Positions 1 to 11,805 of a stretch of 64,000 bases of DNA are shown in pieces. The translations under genes were made by a program, and so were the position numbers. The notes beneath the pieces were generated by a model that did no database searches, was not told the DNA's origin, and was given only the letters and a program-made list of their open reading frames with translations. Within the stretch, counting starts at the first letter, position 1. Every line of letters begins with the position of its first letter. Source of the stretch: Chiloscyllium plagiosum (taxonomy: Eukaryota); the NCBI RefSeq assembly GCF_004010195.1, contig NC_057730.1, forward strand, positions 58,278,647-58,342,646. The letters are read 5' to 3'.

Positions 1-1115
1 TCATGGAATACAGGGAGAAGTAGCCATTTGGATACAGAACTGGCTCAAAGGTAGAAGACCGAGGGTGGTGGTGGAGGGTTGTTTTTCAGGCTGGAGGCCT
101 ATGGTCAGTGGAGAGCCACAAGGATCGGTGCTGGGTCCTCTACTTTTTGTCATTTACATAAATGTTTTGGATACGATCATAAGAGGTACAGTTAGTAAGT
201 TTGCAGATGACACCAAAATTGGAGGTGTAGTGGACAGTGAAGAGGGTTACCTCAGATTACAACAGGATCTGGACCAGATGGGCCAATAGGCTGAGAAGTG
301 GCAGATGGAGTTCAATTCAGATAAATGCAAAGGGCTGCATTTTGGGAAAGCAAATCTTAGCAGGACTTATACACTTAATGGTAAGGTCCTAGGGAGTGTT
401 GCTGAACAAAGAGACCTTGGAGTGCAGGTTCATAGCTCCTTGAAAGTGGNTCGCAGGTAGATAAGATAGTGAAGAAGGTGTTTGGTATGCTTTCCTTTAT
501 TGGTCAGAGTATTGAGTACAGGAGTTGGGAGGTCATGTTGCAGCTGTACAGGACATTGGTTAGGCCACTGTTGGAATATTGCATGCAATTCTGGTCTCCT
601 TCCTATCGGAAAGATGTTGTGAAGCTTGAAAGGGTTCAGAAAAAAATTTACAAGGATGTTGCCAGGGTTGGAGGATCTGAGCTACAGGGAGAGGCTGAAC
701 AGCTGGGGCTGTTTCCCTGGAGCGTCAGAGGCTGAGGGGTGACCTTATAGAGGTTTACCAAATTATGAGGGGCATGGATAGGATAAATCGGCAAAGTCTT
801 TTCCCTGGGGATGGGGAGTCCAGAACTAGAGGGCATAGGTTTAGGGTGAGAGGGGAAAGATATAAAAGAGACCCAAGGGGCAAATGTTTCACGCAGAGGG
901 TGGTACATGTATGGAATGAGCTGCCAGAGGATGTGGTGGAGGCTGGTACAATTGCAACATTAAGAGCATTTGGATGGGTATATGAATAGGAAGGGTTTGG
1001 AGGGATATGGGCCGGGTGCTGGCAGGTGGGACTAGATTGGGTTGGGATATCTGGTCGGCATGGATGGGTTGGACCGAAGGGTCTGTTTCCATGCTGTACA
1101 TCTCTATGACTCTAT
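1..1115 (+). mobile_element. CR1-type LINE, 3' part (RT C-terminus + 3' UTR), young subfamily
   Basis: Translates to PQGSVLGPLLFVIYIN..SKFADDTKIGG..YRTLVRPLLEYC.QFWSP; ends in CTCTATGACTCTAT tail; closely similar to 47907-49059. Confidence 0.95.
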
Positions 1116-2859
1116 TCTCCATTCCTCTGCAATCAAGGCCAACATTCTACTCATTGTCCTAATTACTTGCTGTACATGCTAACTTTGTGTTTCAACCACA
1201 AAGAAACCAAAATTTCCTTTGCTACTCACTTGTTGCATGAAATTTGAAACAAAAAACTCTGATTCTGAGGTTACTCTAACTTAAAGTAGTCAGCTGGAAA
1301 GAGGGAGTATTTGGCCATTCATATTTTATTCGAAATTCTTCTTGATCTGTGGAAGCAATAAGTTGCGTTGGCAAAATGCTAATCCAGCAGCACCAACCAC
1401 TGCAGATGAAAGGGGAGAGGGTAAAGAACATTCCTCTAGACTGCAGAAGTTGTGCAGCCTCTAACTCTCCTTAAATCATCCTGAAATGTGCTACTTGTCA
1501 ACAAGTGCACATTCTTTCATTTCTTTTGACTAAATTTCAGTGTTGCTAGAAGTTTGAGTTCCTCTCAAACACTTGGTGAAAAGAAAAACTTGGTTGATCC
1601 AGTTCAATATTTTCCAATTCTCCACATAATTCAGATAGATTTTCTCAACCCTATAATTTGAACGTCATTTTTATCATCTTTCAGTAGCAATCTTTTGACC
1701 ATTTTTATAAATTACATCCTCAGAATCCTGCTCTTTATTTTGCTTCTTTTCATGCATTGACATATGCATTAAAACGATTAAACAGTTGAAAAGCTTTCCA
1801 ATTGCAATTTGTTAAACAAGCTGATTTTGATATACACGAATGACATTTTTGTGGGCATCTTCTAGGCATCACTTTTTAAAAATATGGACTGCCCATTTAA
1901 AGCTGAGATGAGTAGACAACTGAAGGTTTTTACAACTCTCTTCCTCAAAGGCAGTAGAAGTAAAGTCTGAATATTTTTAAAATCGAGGGCGATAGATTCT
2001 TTGTATAAACAAGGGAGTGAAACCTTAATCTGTGTTGGTGGGAATGTAGAATAATCAGATCAGCTCAGATTGCACTGAATGGCAGATCGCACTGAATGGC
2101 AGTTCAGGCTCAAGAGCTGGCTCCAAATTCAAATGTTTGTGTGGTTAAATTAATATAAATGTTTAAATCTCAAAGTAAAAACATTCAACTGCTTGCTTTA
2201 GCTTTTCTTGAACTCCAGATTATTTATACTGATTTATGCTAATCAAATTCAAGGTGTTCTAACAAATTTGACGAACATTTGGGCAACCCATTACAGTTAG
2301 TAAACAGGCAAAATACAGTATATACTCAAATACTGCACATGCCTCGACATGAAATAAAAACAGTACAGTAGGAAATTTCAAGCACGTGTCAAGAGTTGAA
2401 ATTAGGCTGTAATGTTAAAACCTTGAACAACTTACCAGGACACACGATAAAACTCTACGTGATAATCAAACAAGCTTCCACCTTCAAGGAAGAAGAAAAC
2501 AGGAGTGAAAGAAATACTGCCAAATATTTGCTACTCTTCAAATTGTATTGTCTGTTGTGTTCCAAAATGAACTTGGTTACCAACCAGCTAAACACTGTGG
2601 CAGAGGTTAATACTCAATATTACATAGATGATGCAGAATCCAAATGAAATTTTAAAAACTCTTTCCAGCAGGAAATTTGGAGGAAAGACAAAGACTGCAG
2701 AATACAAAAGTTTATAGTAGATGGTTGTGTGTGTCGGGTACTAACGAAAGCCCCACACAATGAGAAAGCAACCATAGCCACTGTTTAAACCATTGATTTT
2801 ACAGATGACAAAGCAGCTGCAATCAGAAATCCCGGGGATGGATGGATGGATACTGCAGC

Positions 2860-3260
2860 ATTCACAGGAGCAGCTGGAGTTTCAATGCGGCACTCAGCCA
2901 GCACAAAGCGGCGCCGTCAGGGACCCAGGCCTGAGGGAGGCGGCACGAGCAGCTCAGGGGGAGGACTGGGAGGTGAGGGAGGGGGTGAGGGTGGGGGTGA
3001 GGGTGAGGGAGATCCCGAGGGGGTGGCGGTGGGGGTGAGGGAGATCCCGAGGGGGTGGCGGTGGTCGGGCTGGGGCTGTCCGCTGCCGGGCCCTGACCTG
3101 TCACTAACCCCGTTCCGCTCCCGCCATCCAAACCGCTCCGTCACCTGGCAACAGGAGTCCGCGCTCATTGGCTCGCGCCGTCTCGGAACGTCACGTCCGG
3201 TTCTGCTGCAGCAAAGGTGGGGGTTAAAGGAGGAGCAACACGGAGTGCGTATCCGGCAGT
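2860..3260. promoter_or_regulatory. CpG-island promoter, possibly bidirectional; gene unidentified
   Basis: Sharp GC/CpG rise; ATTGG (CCAAT box on -) ~3167, CGGAA ETS core ~3184, ACGTCACGT CRE-like ~3188; on - strand ATG at 3127 followed by candidate donors GTTAGT (3108) and GTCAGG (3097). Confidence 0.65.
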
Positions 3261-3700
3261 AATAATTACTCGGGGTCCATAATACTACCTGAAATAACCA
3301 TTCAGTCACTACTACTGCCTTGTAATAATTACTCAGGGTCACTCATACTGCCTGTAATACTCACTCAAGGTCACTTATACTCCTTGTAATAATCACTCAG
3401 GGGTCACTCATACTGCCTGTAATACTCACTCAAGGTCACTAATACTCCTTGTAATAATCACTCAGGGGTCACGCATACTGCCTTGTAATAATTACTCAGG
3501 GTCACTCATACTGCCTGTAATACTCACTCAGGGTCACTCATACTGCCTGTAATAATCACTCAGGGTCACTCATACTGCCTTGCAATAATCACTCAGGGTC
3601 ACTCATACTGCCTTGCAATAATCACTCAGGGTCAATCATACTGCCTGTAATACTCACTCAGGGTCACTAATACTGCCTTGTAATAATCACTCAGGGTCAC
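3260..3700. repeat. Minisatellite, ~31-33 bp unit (GTAATAATCACTCAGGGTCACTCATACTGCCT), roughly 13 copies
   Basis: Unit visible directly; degenerate at left end, more uniform at right. Confidence 0.95.
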
Positions 3701-4410
3701 TGTTAGAAACGAAAATCGCTTCTCAATAATCGCTCTAGACAAATTCAGGAAAACAAAGTTTTATTGGCAAGTCTGCAGAGTTGGGCACTCTTCTGAGAAN
3801 NNNNNNNNNNNNNNNNNNNNNNNNNNNNNNNNNNNNNNNNNNNNNNNNNNNNNNNNNNNNNNNNNNNNNNNNNNNNNNNNNNNNNNNNNNNNNNNNNNNN
3901 NNNNNNNNNNNNNNNNNNNNNNNNNNNNNNNNNNNNNNNNNNNNNNNNNNNNNNNNNNNNNNNNNNNNNNNNNNNNNNNNNNNNNNNNNNNNNNNNNNNN
4001 NNNNNNNNNNNNNNNNNNNNNNNNNNNNNNNNNNNNNNNNNNNNNNNNNNNNNNNNNNNNNNNNNNNNNNNNNNNNNNNNNNNNNNNNNNNNNNNNNNNN
4101 NNNNNNNNNNNNNNNNNNNNNNNNNNNNNNNNNNNNNNNNNNNNNNNNNNNNNNNNNNNNNNNNNNNNNNNNNNNNNNNNNNNNNNNNNNNNNNNNNNNN
4201 NNNNNNNNNNNNNNNNNNNNNNNNNNNNNNNNNNNNNNNNNNNNNNNNNNNNNNNNNNNNNNNNNNNNNNNNNNNNNNNNNNNNNNNNNNNNNNNNNNNT
4301 GCTGAATATGGACTGTTAACTTGGTTATACATGAAACAAGAAACTGTTTTAAGTTAAGAAAATTTCAGTCATTTAGGAAGATATTAAGGCGATATAATAA
4401 TTCCTCGACA
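3701..4410 (-). mobile_element. Probable LTR spanning the assembly gap
   Basis: On - strand begins TGTCGAGG (4410) and ends TTTCTAACA (3701), with AATAAA ~60 nt before the end; no TSD; middle is N. Confidence 0.45.
3800..4299. other. Assembly gap (500 N)
   Basis: Run of N of round size; smaller gaps at ~9492-9512 and ~46693-46780. Confidence 0.99.
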
Positions 4411-4599
4411 ACATTGCTGCATAGCTACTAGATTGTCATGTTACATAATTTCCAAATAAATAAGTGATAAAAGACAGTAGGCTTTCATCGGTGCCTGTAT
4501 CCACAAAAATAATGCAAAGATACAAGAATGTTGCTTTATTTGTATAATCTGCACTTTGTCTTTCTTGATCTTAAACGGGCTTTTTCATCGTTACTGCAG

Positions 4600-4679
4600 G
4601 AAAAATGGAAGAGCCCTAAAGAAAGAGGAGCTCTTTCGATTGCGACACAGAAATCTTTAGACAGAAAAAGGCAGATTAA
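4600..4679 (+). CDS. CCP110: CCP110 internal exon ([27 protein letters not shown])
   Basis: cag|G acceptor, AA|gtaagt donor; matches recalled human CP110 [22 protein letters not shown]. Confidence 0.9.
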
Positions 4680-4938
4680 GTAAGTGCCACAATTACTGTA
4701 ACAGTACTGTTTGTCATTATAGTTATAAAAGAAATAAGTATTTAGTATTCAAAAGCTGAACATCAGTTGTTTTTATTTTCATAGAAAAAGACCCTGTGAT
4801 AGGTTTATGAAGAGATGGTGATAAATTCACTTGCTCCTCTTTACTTGCAAGATCAAGGTTGGGAGATGAACGCAGCTAGATTGGGGAAATTATTGCCACC
4901 TTCCTGGAATTTGATGAGTATTCACTTTCATTTTCCAG

Positions 4939-5007
4939 GGCTGCTGAAATGGGAACAACCAGTAAAGAGAAGTCCCATGTGAAACAAAAGGCTTCCTCTG
5001 CAACCAG
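4939..5007 (+). CDS. CCP110: CCP110 internal exon (AAEMGTTSKEKSHVKQKASSATR)
   Basis: ttccag| acceptor, |gtaagt donor; phase-compatible with neighbours; human counterpart recalled as [21 protein letters not shown]. Confidence 0.9.
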
Positions 5008-5086
5008 GTAAGTCCAGATAAAGATCAACAATGTAAGGCTCTTTGCTAGACAGTACAAAATTAAATATCTTACTGCTTATTTATAG

Positions 5087-5146
5087 AATTCTTCAACCAA
5101 GCCAGGGGCAGAATGCTCCAGCCCAAAGACTACTTCATAGACAAGG
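5087..5146 (+). CDS. CCP110: CCP110 internal exon (ILQPSQGQNAPAQRLLHRQG)
   Basis: tag| acceptor, GG|gtaagt donor; human counterpart recalled as [20 protein letters not shown]. Confidence 0.92.
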
Positions 5147-5199
5147 GTAAGTGTCAGAATAGTTGTATTTCAATTGACTGGAAACCAGTGACTGGTTTC

Positions 5200-8100
5200 T
5201 TTATTTTTTGTTTAGTTTTTTAGTAATCTCGTTGGGAATTTAGAATAGTGGGAATGGAGGTTAGGGCAGTTGAATGTCCCTCCTGCAAAATGTGGGAGTT
5301 AAGAGTCACCGGTAGTGTCCCTGCTGACTGCATCTGTGTACCCAACTCCAGCTCCTTGAGAACCACGTCAGGGAACTGGATGAACTTCGCTTCATTCGGG
5401 AGGCAGAAGGATTTATTGAGAGGAGTTACAGAGAGATAGTCACATCTCATAAAAGAAGAAGGTAGATGGGTTACCGTCAGGGGACGGAAAGGGAACCGGT
5501 AGGCAGTGGCTGTTCCCCTCAACAATTAGTATACCGTCTTGGATACTATTGGGAGGAAGACTTACTAGGGATAAGCAATGGGACACAGGTTTCTGGCACA
5601 GAGTCTGTCTCTGCTGCTTAGGAGGGAAGGGGGAAGAGGAGCAGAGCATTAATCATTGTGGACTCCATAGTTAGGGGGACAGAGGGAGACTCACGTTTGG
5701 TGTGTTACCTCCCAAGTGACAGGTTCGTGATGTCTCTGATCGTGTTTTCAAGATCCTTGCAGGGGAGGGGGAGCAGCCCCAAATCATGGTCCACATAGGC
5801 ACCAACGACATAAGTAGGAAGAGGGATGGGAATTTACCGCGGAAATTCAGAGAGCTAGGATGGAAGTTTAGAGCTAGAACAAATAGTTGTTATCTCTGGT
5901 TTGTTGCCCATGCCACGTGCTAGCGAAGCGAGGAATAGAGAGAGAGAGAGAGACACAGAGAGAGAGGAGTTGAACGTGTGGCTACAAGAATGATGTAGGA
6001 GGGAAGGTTTTGGATTCCTGGATAATTGGGACTCTATCTGGTGTAGGTGGGACTTCTACAAACAGGATGTCTTCACTTGAACTAGAGGTGTACCAATATC
6101 CTGGGGGTAGGGGGGGGAAATTTGCTAATGCTGTTCGGGTGGGTTTAAACTAATTCAGCAGGGGGATGGGAACCGAAATTGAAGTTCAAGTACATGGAGG
6201 TTGAGAGTATTGAAGTCCGAACAAAGATTTCAAGATCGCAAGAAGGCACCAGCAGGCAAGAAGTTGGTTTGAAGTTTGTCTACTTCAGGAACATCCGGAA
6301 TAAGGTGGGTGAACATGCATCATGGGTTGGTACCTGGGATTCGATGTTATGGCCATTTCAGAGACATGGGTAGAGCAGGGACAGGAATGGTTATTGTAGG
6401 TTTCAGTAAGAACAGAGAAAATGGTAAAAGAGGGGGTGGTGGGGCACTGTTAGTCAAGGACAGCATTACAGTTGCAGAAAGGACATTTGAGGACTTATCT
6501 ACTGAGGTACAATGGGCTGAGATTAAAAACAGGAAAGGAGAGGTTACCCTGTTCGGAGTTGTCTATAGGCCTCCAAATAGTTCCAGAGATATAGAGGATA
6601 GGATAGCAAAGATGATCCTCAATAAGAGCGAGAGTGACAGGGTAGTTGTCATCGGGGTCTTTAACTTTCCAGATATTGACTGGGAATACTATAGTTCAGT
6701 ACTTTAGATGGGTCAGTTTTTATCCAATGTGTGCAGGAGGGTTTCCTGACACAGTATGTAGACAGGCCAACAAGGGGACTTGGTACTGGGTAATGAACCC
6801 GGCCAGATGTTATATTTGGAGATAGGTGAGCATTTTGGTGATCTTGACCACAATTCAATTATGTTTACTTGAGTGATGGAAAGAGATAAGTATATACCAC
6901 AGGGCAGGAGTTATAGCTGGGGGAAAGGCAATTATGATGCAATTAGGCAAGATTTTGGAAACATAGGATGGGGAAGGAAGCTGCAAGGGATGGGCACAAT
7001 AGAAATGTGGAGCTGATTCAAAGACCATCTCCTATGGGTCCTTGATATCTATGTACCAGTCAGGCAAGGAAGACGTTGACGAGCGCAGGAGCCATGGATC
7101 ATGGAAAACCCTAAGGCTTTCTATAGCTTTGTCAGGAATAAAAGAATGACTAGAGTAAGATTAGGGCCAATCAAGCATAGTAGTGGGAAGTTGTGAATAG
7201 AGTCAGAGGAGATAGGGAAGGGCTAAATGAATACTTTTCGTCCGTATTCACATGAGAAAAAGACATTGTGGCTGAGGGGAATATTAAGATACGGGCTACT
7301 AAACTAGATGGGATTGAGGTGCACAAAGAGGAAGTGTTAGCAATTCTGGAAAATGTAAAAATAAATAAGTCCCCTGGAACAGGTGGGATATATCCGAGGA
7401 TTCTCTGGGAAGCCAAGGAGGAGATTGCTGAGCCTTTGGCTTTGATCTTTATGTCGTCATTGTCTACAGGAATAGTGCCAGAAGACTGGAGTTTAGCAAA
7501 TGTTGTTCCCTTGTTCAAGAAGAGGAGTAGAGACAACCCTGGAAATTATAGACCACAGAGTCTTACTTCGGTTGTGGGTAAAGTGTCGGAAAGAGTTATG
7601 AGAGAGAGGATTTATAATCATCCAGAGATGAATAAGTTGATTAGGGATAGCCAACACGGTTTTGTGAAGGGTGGGTCGTGCCTCACTAACCATATTGCAT
7701 TCTTGGAGAAGGTGACCAAACAGGTGGATGAGGGAAAAGCAGTTCATTTGGTGTACACGGATTTCAGTAAGGTGTTTGTTAAGGCTTCCCATGGTAGGCT
7801 ATTGCGCAAACTACAGAGATATGGGCTTGAGGGTGATTTAGCGGTTTGGATCAGAAATTGGCTAGCTGAAAGAAGACAGACGGTGATGGTTCATGGGAAA
7901 TATTTATCCTGGAGTTCAGTTACTAGTGGGATACTGCAAGGATCTGTTTTGGGTCCACTGTTGCTTGTCATTTATAGAAATGACCTGGATGAGGGCATAG
8001 AAGAATGGGTTAGTAAAATTGTGGATGGCACTAAGGTCCATGGAGTTGTGGATAGTGACGATGGATATTGTAGGTTACAGAGAGACATAGATAAGCTGCA

Positions 8101-8409
8101 GAGCTGGGCTGAGAAGTGGCAAATGGAGTTTAATGTGGAAAATTGTGTATAGAAGCAAGGAGGTTCTTCTGCAGCTGTACAGAGCCCTGGTGAGACTGCA
8201 CCTAGAATATTGTGTGCAGTTTTGGTCTCCAAATTTGAGGAAAGACATTCTGGCTATTGAGGGAGTGCAGCATAGGTTCACAAGGTCAATTCCCGGAATG
8301 GCGGGACTATTTTAGGTTGAAAGATTGGAGCGACTGGGCTTGTATCCCCTTGAGTTTGGAAGACTGAGAGGGGATCTGATTGAGACGTATAAGATTATTA
8401 AAGGATTAA
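5200..8409 (+). mobile_element. Long decayed CR1 LINE: ORF1 (Zn-finger + SGNH esterase) and ORF2 (APE endonuclease + RT)
   Basis: CPSCKMWE; DSIVRG and VHIGTND esterase motifs; GVVYRPPNS and FNFPDIDW APE motifs; KSPG..GIYPRIL, QHGFVKG.SCLTN and QGSVLGPLL RT motifs; frameshifts and internal deletions. Confidence 0.93.
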
Positions 8410-8482
8410 CTATTTCATTTGAAGTTTATAATTCTTCATAAGACCCTCAAATCTGTTATCACCTGGCTAGCAACTATAACTT

Positions 8483-8537
8483 CAAAGTTTGGGAGAAGAT
8501 TTGTAGCTCGGGTGCTCGTTGTTGTGTAGAACCACAC
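8483..8537 (-). mobile_element. Tiny Penelope-like (family B) terminal fragment with 14-bp TSD
   Basis: CAAAGTTTGGGAGAAGATTTGTAGCTCGGGTGCTCG matches family B ends (9832, 37607, 53460); flanked by AGCAAC(T/C)ATAACTT at 8469-8482 and 8538-8551. Confidence 0.8.
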
Positions 8538-9831
8538 AGCAACCATAACTTTTTGTTTAATGTAGACACAGTTTGAAATCCTAGTTACAAGCCAAGTAGT
8601 GGTAGTTATGTTGGTGCAGGCTCAATGGGCCAAAGGGTCTTTTCTGTGCTGTATGAATCTATAGATAAAGCCAAGGATTCCAGTGTTCTGAACAAACAAA
8701 ATAAATTACTATAACCAAGTTAGAAAAATAATTCAATCTATTACATGTTCATAACTTTTATCCTAACATTCAGTAATGACACAAGGTAAATATGGGTAAC
8801 AGATTCAAACATCCTGTACAACACAGTAGTTAGCAAATGCAGCTAAGACAGATCCCACAGATTTCTCAGCAACCTCCTGATGTTAATGACACTATGGGTA
8901 ACTAGATCCAAATAACTTTTTCTATTTTGCAAGGTGTCTCAGTTCTTCACTTTTTAGCTTTGGAACTTCCTCATAAACTCTGTCAATGACTTCTCATGTT
9001 CAGGCACTGCAGTCTGTTCTTCTGAGACTGTATCCAACTGGATTCCCCAGCACAGGTTTAATCCCGGCTCTTCAGCAGATAGCCAGCTTCATTATAGTAT
9101 CCTGGGTGTGTCAGAACTTTTAATATTTCTCCCGCTGTGAGGCAAGTGCAACATGTGGACTTGGCTTATCTGCACTCTCTTAGCTGCACAGAACTATCAG
9201 TGTCTTCCAGAGAATTTGCCCTAACTGCCTGGAGTCTGCTAATGACAAAATTTCTGCTTTAGTGTTCTCCAAACTAAAAACTGCAAGTGACTTAAAACAA
9301 ACAAAAACAATACAGCGCAGGAACAGACCCTGCAGCCCACCAGACTGTGCCAACAGTGATGTTTTTCGAAACTAAAAACTCTTTGCCTCTCCACAGTTCA
9401 TATCCCTCTGTTCTCTGCCTATTCATACATTTGTAAAGATTCCTCTTAAATGATGCTATTGCATCTGTGTCCATCACTGCCTCTGGCAGCANNNNNNNNN
9501 NNNNNNNNNNNNAAATCTATGCTCTCCCTCCCCCCCCCCCCCCCCCCTTAGTAAATGACATTTCTCTTCTGGGGGAAATATACCCCAATTATCCATTCTA
9601 CCCTTCCCTCTCGTAATTTTGTAAATTTCTATCAGGTCACCATTCATCCTTCAACATTCAAGTGAAAACACACCATGTTTGTCCAAGCTGTCTTCATAGC
9701 TAATGCCCTGTCAACCAGACGACATCCTGATAAACTGTTTGTGTACTCTCTCCAAAGTCTCCACATCATCGTTGTAGTGTGGTGACTAGAACTGTACAAC
9801 AAGTCCAAATATGACCTAACTGAAGTTCTAT

Positions 9832-10367
9832 TCAACGTTTGGGTGAAGATTTGTAGCTCGGGTGCTCGTTGCTGTGGTTCTGTTCGCCGAGCTGGAAATT
9901 TTTGTTGCAAACATTTCGTCCCCTGTCTAGGTGACATCCCCAGTGCTTGGGAGCCTCCTGTGAAGCGCTTCTGTGGTGTTTCCTCCAGCATTTATAGTGG
10001 CCTGTCCTTGCCGCTTCCGGTTGTCAGTTTCAGCTGTCCGCTGTAGTGGCCGGTATATTGGGTCCAGGTCTATGTGTTTGTTGATGGAGTTTGTAGGGCA
10101 TTATAGGGCAAGCAAAACAAAGAACAGCCAGGGAATTCCTAGAAGCATGGCACTCATCCACAAACTCCATCAACAAACACATCGACCTGGACCCAATATA
10201 CCGGCCACTACAGCGGACTGCTGAAACTGACAACCGGAAGCGGCAGGGACAGGCCACTATAAATGCCGGAGAAAACACCACAGAAGCGCTTCACAGGAGG
10301 CTCCCAAACACTGAGGATGTCACCTAGACAGGGGACGAAACGTTTGCAACAAAAATTTCCAGCTCAG
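9832..10367. mobile_element. Penelope-like element family B, fold-back insertion with 11-bp TSD
   Basis: ~200-bp inverted arms; + strand encodes GIY-YIG C-terminal remnant (AKQRTAREFLEAWHSSTNSINKHIDLDPIY); TGAAGTTCTAT at 9821-9831 and 10368-10378. Confidence 0.9.
10308..10347 (+). ncRNA. Minimal hammerhead ribozyme motif (PLE family B)
   Basis: ACA-CTGAGGA-T-GTCACCT-AGAC-AGGGGAC-GAAA-CG-TT-TGC fits CUGANGA/stem II/GAAA/UH. Confidence 0.7.
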
Positions 10368-11624
10368 TGAAGTTCTATGTAACAGCAAAATGACTTGCCA
10401 ATTTTTGTACTCCATGCCCCGATTTAAGCATAATATATTGCCACCTTTTCCACCTCATCCACTTTGAGAGAATTGTGGGTCTGTATGCCTAGATCCCTCT
10501 GTCTGCTACTGAGGGTTCTGCCATGTATTGTGTACTTTCCTCCTGCATTAGATCTCACTAATTGCATCACCTCAAATTTGTCTGGATTAAACTCAATCTA
10601 CCTTTTTCTGCCCAAGTCTCCAGCCTATCCATAATTCTGCAGTATCCTCTGACAATCCTCCTCACTATCTGCAGCTTCCTTAGTCTTTTTGTTGTCTGCA
10701 AACTTACTAATCAGACCACCTACATTCTCCTCCAAATCATTTATATACATTACAAACAACAGGCGTCCCAACACTGATTCCTGCAGACCACCGGTCACAG
10801 ATCGCCAATCTGAAAAACTCCCTTTCACCGCTGCTCTGTGTCTTCTGTGACCAGGCCATTTTACCAGCTCACCATGATAAGATTCTCCAAGAAAATTTCT
10901 AGAGACTGTCACCAGAGAGCCATTTCAGCATTGTGAATCTTTATGATAATGTAGTTTGCTCTGAGGTAGTGTTTTCTAGTCTTTCAAAGTTCACCATTTT
11001 TCAGCTAACTTTGCTAAATCACAAAACAAATGTTTTTTTTTTCCTCGGTTCTGATGTTATAGAGTTATAGAGATGTCCAGCACAGCAACAGATGTATTAA
11101 ACAAACATGGGTAACTCCTTAAAGCAACTTGGCTCCAGTCTTTTAAATGCAATAGACTTTAAGGTGCTTCAATTACAGATTCATTTTCTTTCATTAACCT
11201 TGAAGTTTAAATCAAAAAAATTACTTATTAAACCAAGAAACAAGTTTTATTTGTATAGGGAGTGTTTGCAAAATTGCCACTTATTTAAGATAATGAGGTA
11301 GTTCTTGCAGAAATTTGAATTATAGTTTATTTTCAAAATTTATGTACAAGATGTTCTTATGTTTGGTTCTATTTTAAACCCTACAAGCATTTATCTTTTA
11401 TCTCCAACTTTTCCTTTGTTTGAAAAGAATTTGATAGCTGCTCAAGTGTAGAAATTGAAAATGTCACTTTGAACCACATCATAAGTCACACCACACAAGG
11501 TTATAGTCCAGTAGGATTTATTTAAAATCATAAGTTTTCAGAGTACTGCCCCTTTGTCAGGTAAAATGGTGGGAAGTGCAGAGGTACAGAATATACAGGT
11601 GAAGAGGTGATGGCAAGATAATTC

Positions 11625-11805
11625 CAGGTCTGGACCTCCTTCCCTGAAGGAGATTAATGAGCCAGAAGAGTTTTTCCAACAATTGGCAATGGTTTCATGG
11701 ACATTAGTAGATTCCTAATTCCAGAATTTTTAAAATTGAATCCAAACTCCACCATCTGCTGTGGCAGGATTTGAAGCTGGATCCCCAGAACCACTAGGCT
11801 ATTAC
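11625..11805 (-). mobile_element. tRNA-derived SINE fragment (SacSINE1/DeuSINE-like)
   Basis: Homologous to 18085-18610 and, in opposite orientation, 12836-13020; B-box-like GCTTCAAATCC on - strand. Confidence 0.6.

Larger units (their letters stand above)
9296..10865 (-). mobile_element. Decayed CR1 3' part, interrupted by a Penelope-like insertion
   Basis: Minus-strand SVLG.LLFVMYINDLEENVGGLISKFAD; CR1 3' UTR at left end. Confidence 0.85.

Noticed and set aside
1300-1800. Possible minus-strand exon of the gene driven by the 2860-3260 promoter
   Set aside because: Stops in the frame examined, no ORF of 60 aa or more in the track, no recognisable homology or clear splice pair
2793-3342. Gly/Pro-rich ORFs on both strands
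   Set aside because: Low-complexity GC-rich promoter sequence depleted of stop codons; no recognisable protein
3260-3700. CRISPR-like array
   Set aside because: Head-to-tail ~32-bp units with no unique spacers, no cas genes, vertebrate DNA; it is a minisatellite
3745-4332. Long ORFs in the ORF track
   Set aside because: Artefacts of translating the N gap
7268-8152. 294-aa RT ORF as an active or domesticated gene
   Set aside because: Catalytic region degenerate (IVDGTK instead of FADDTK); the surrounding element has frameshifts and deletions
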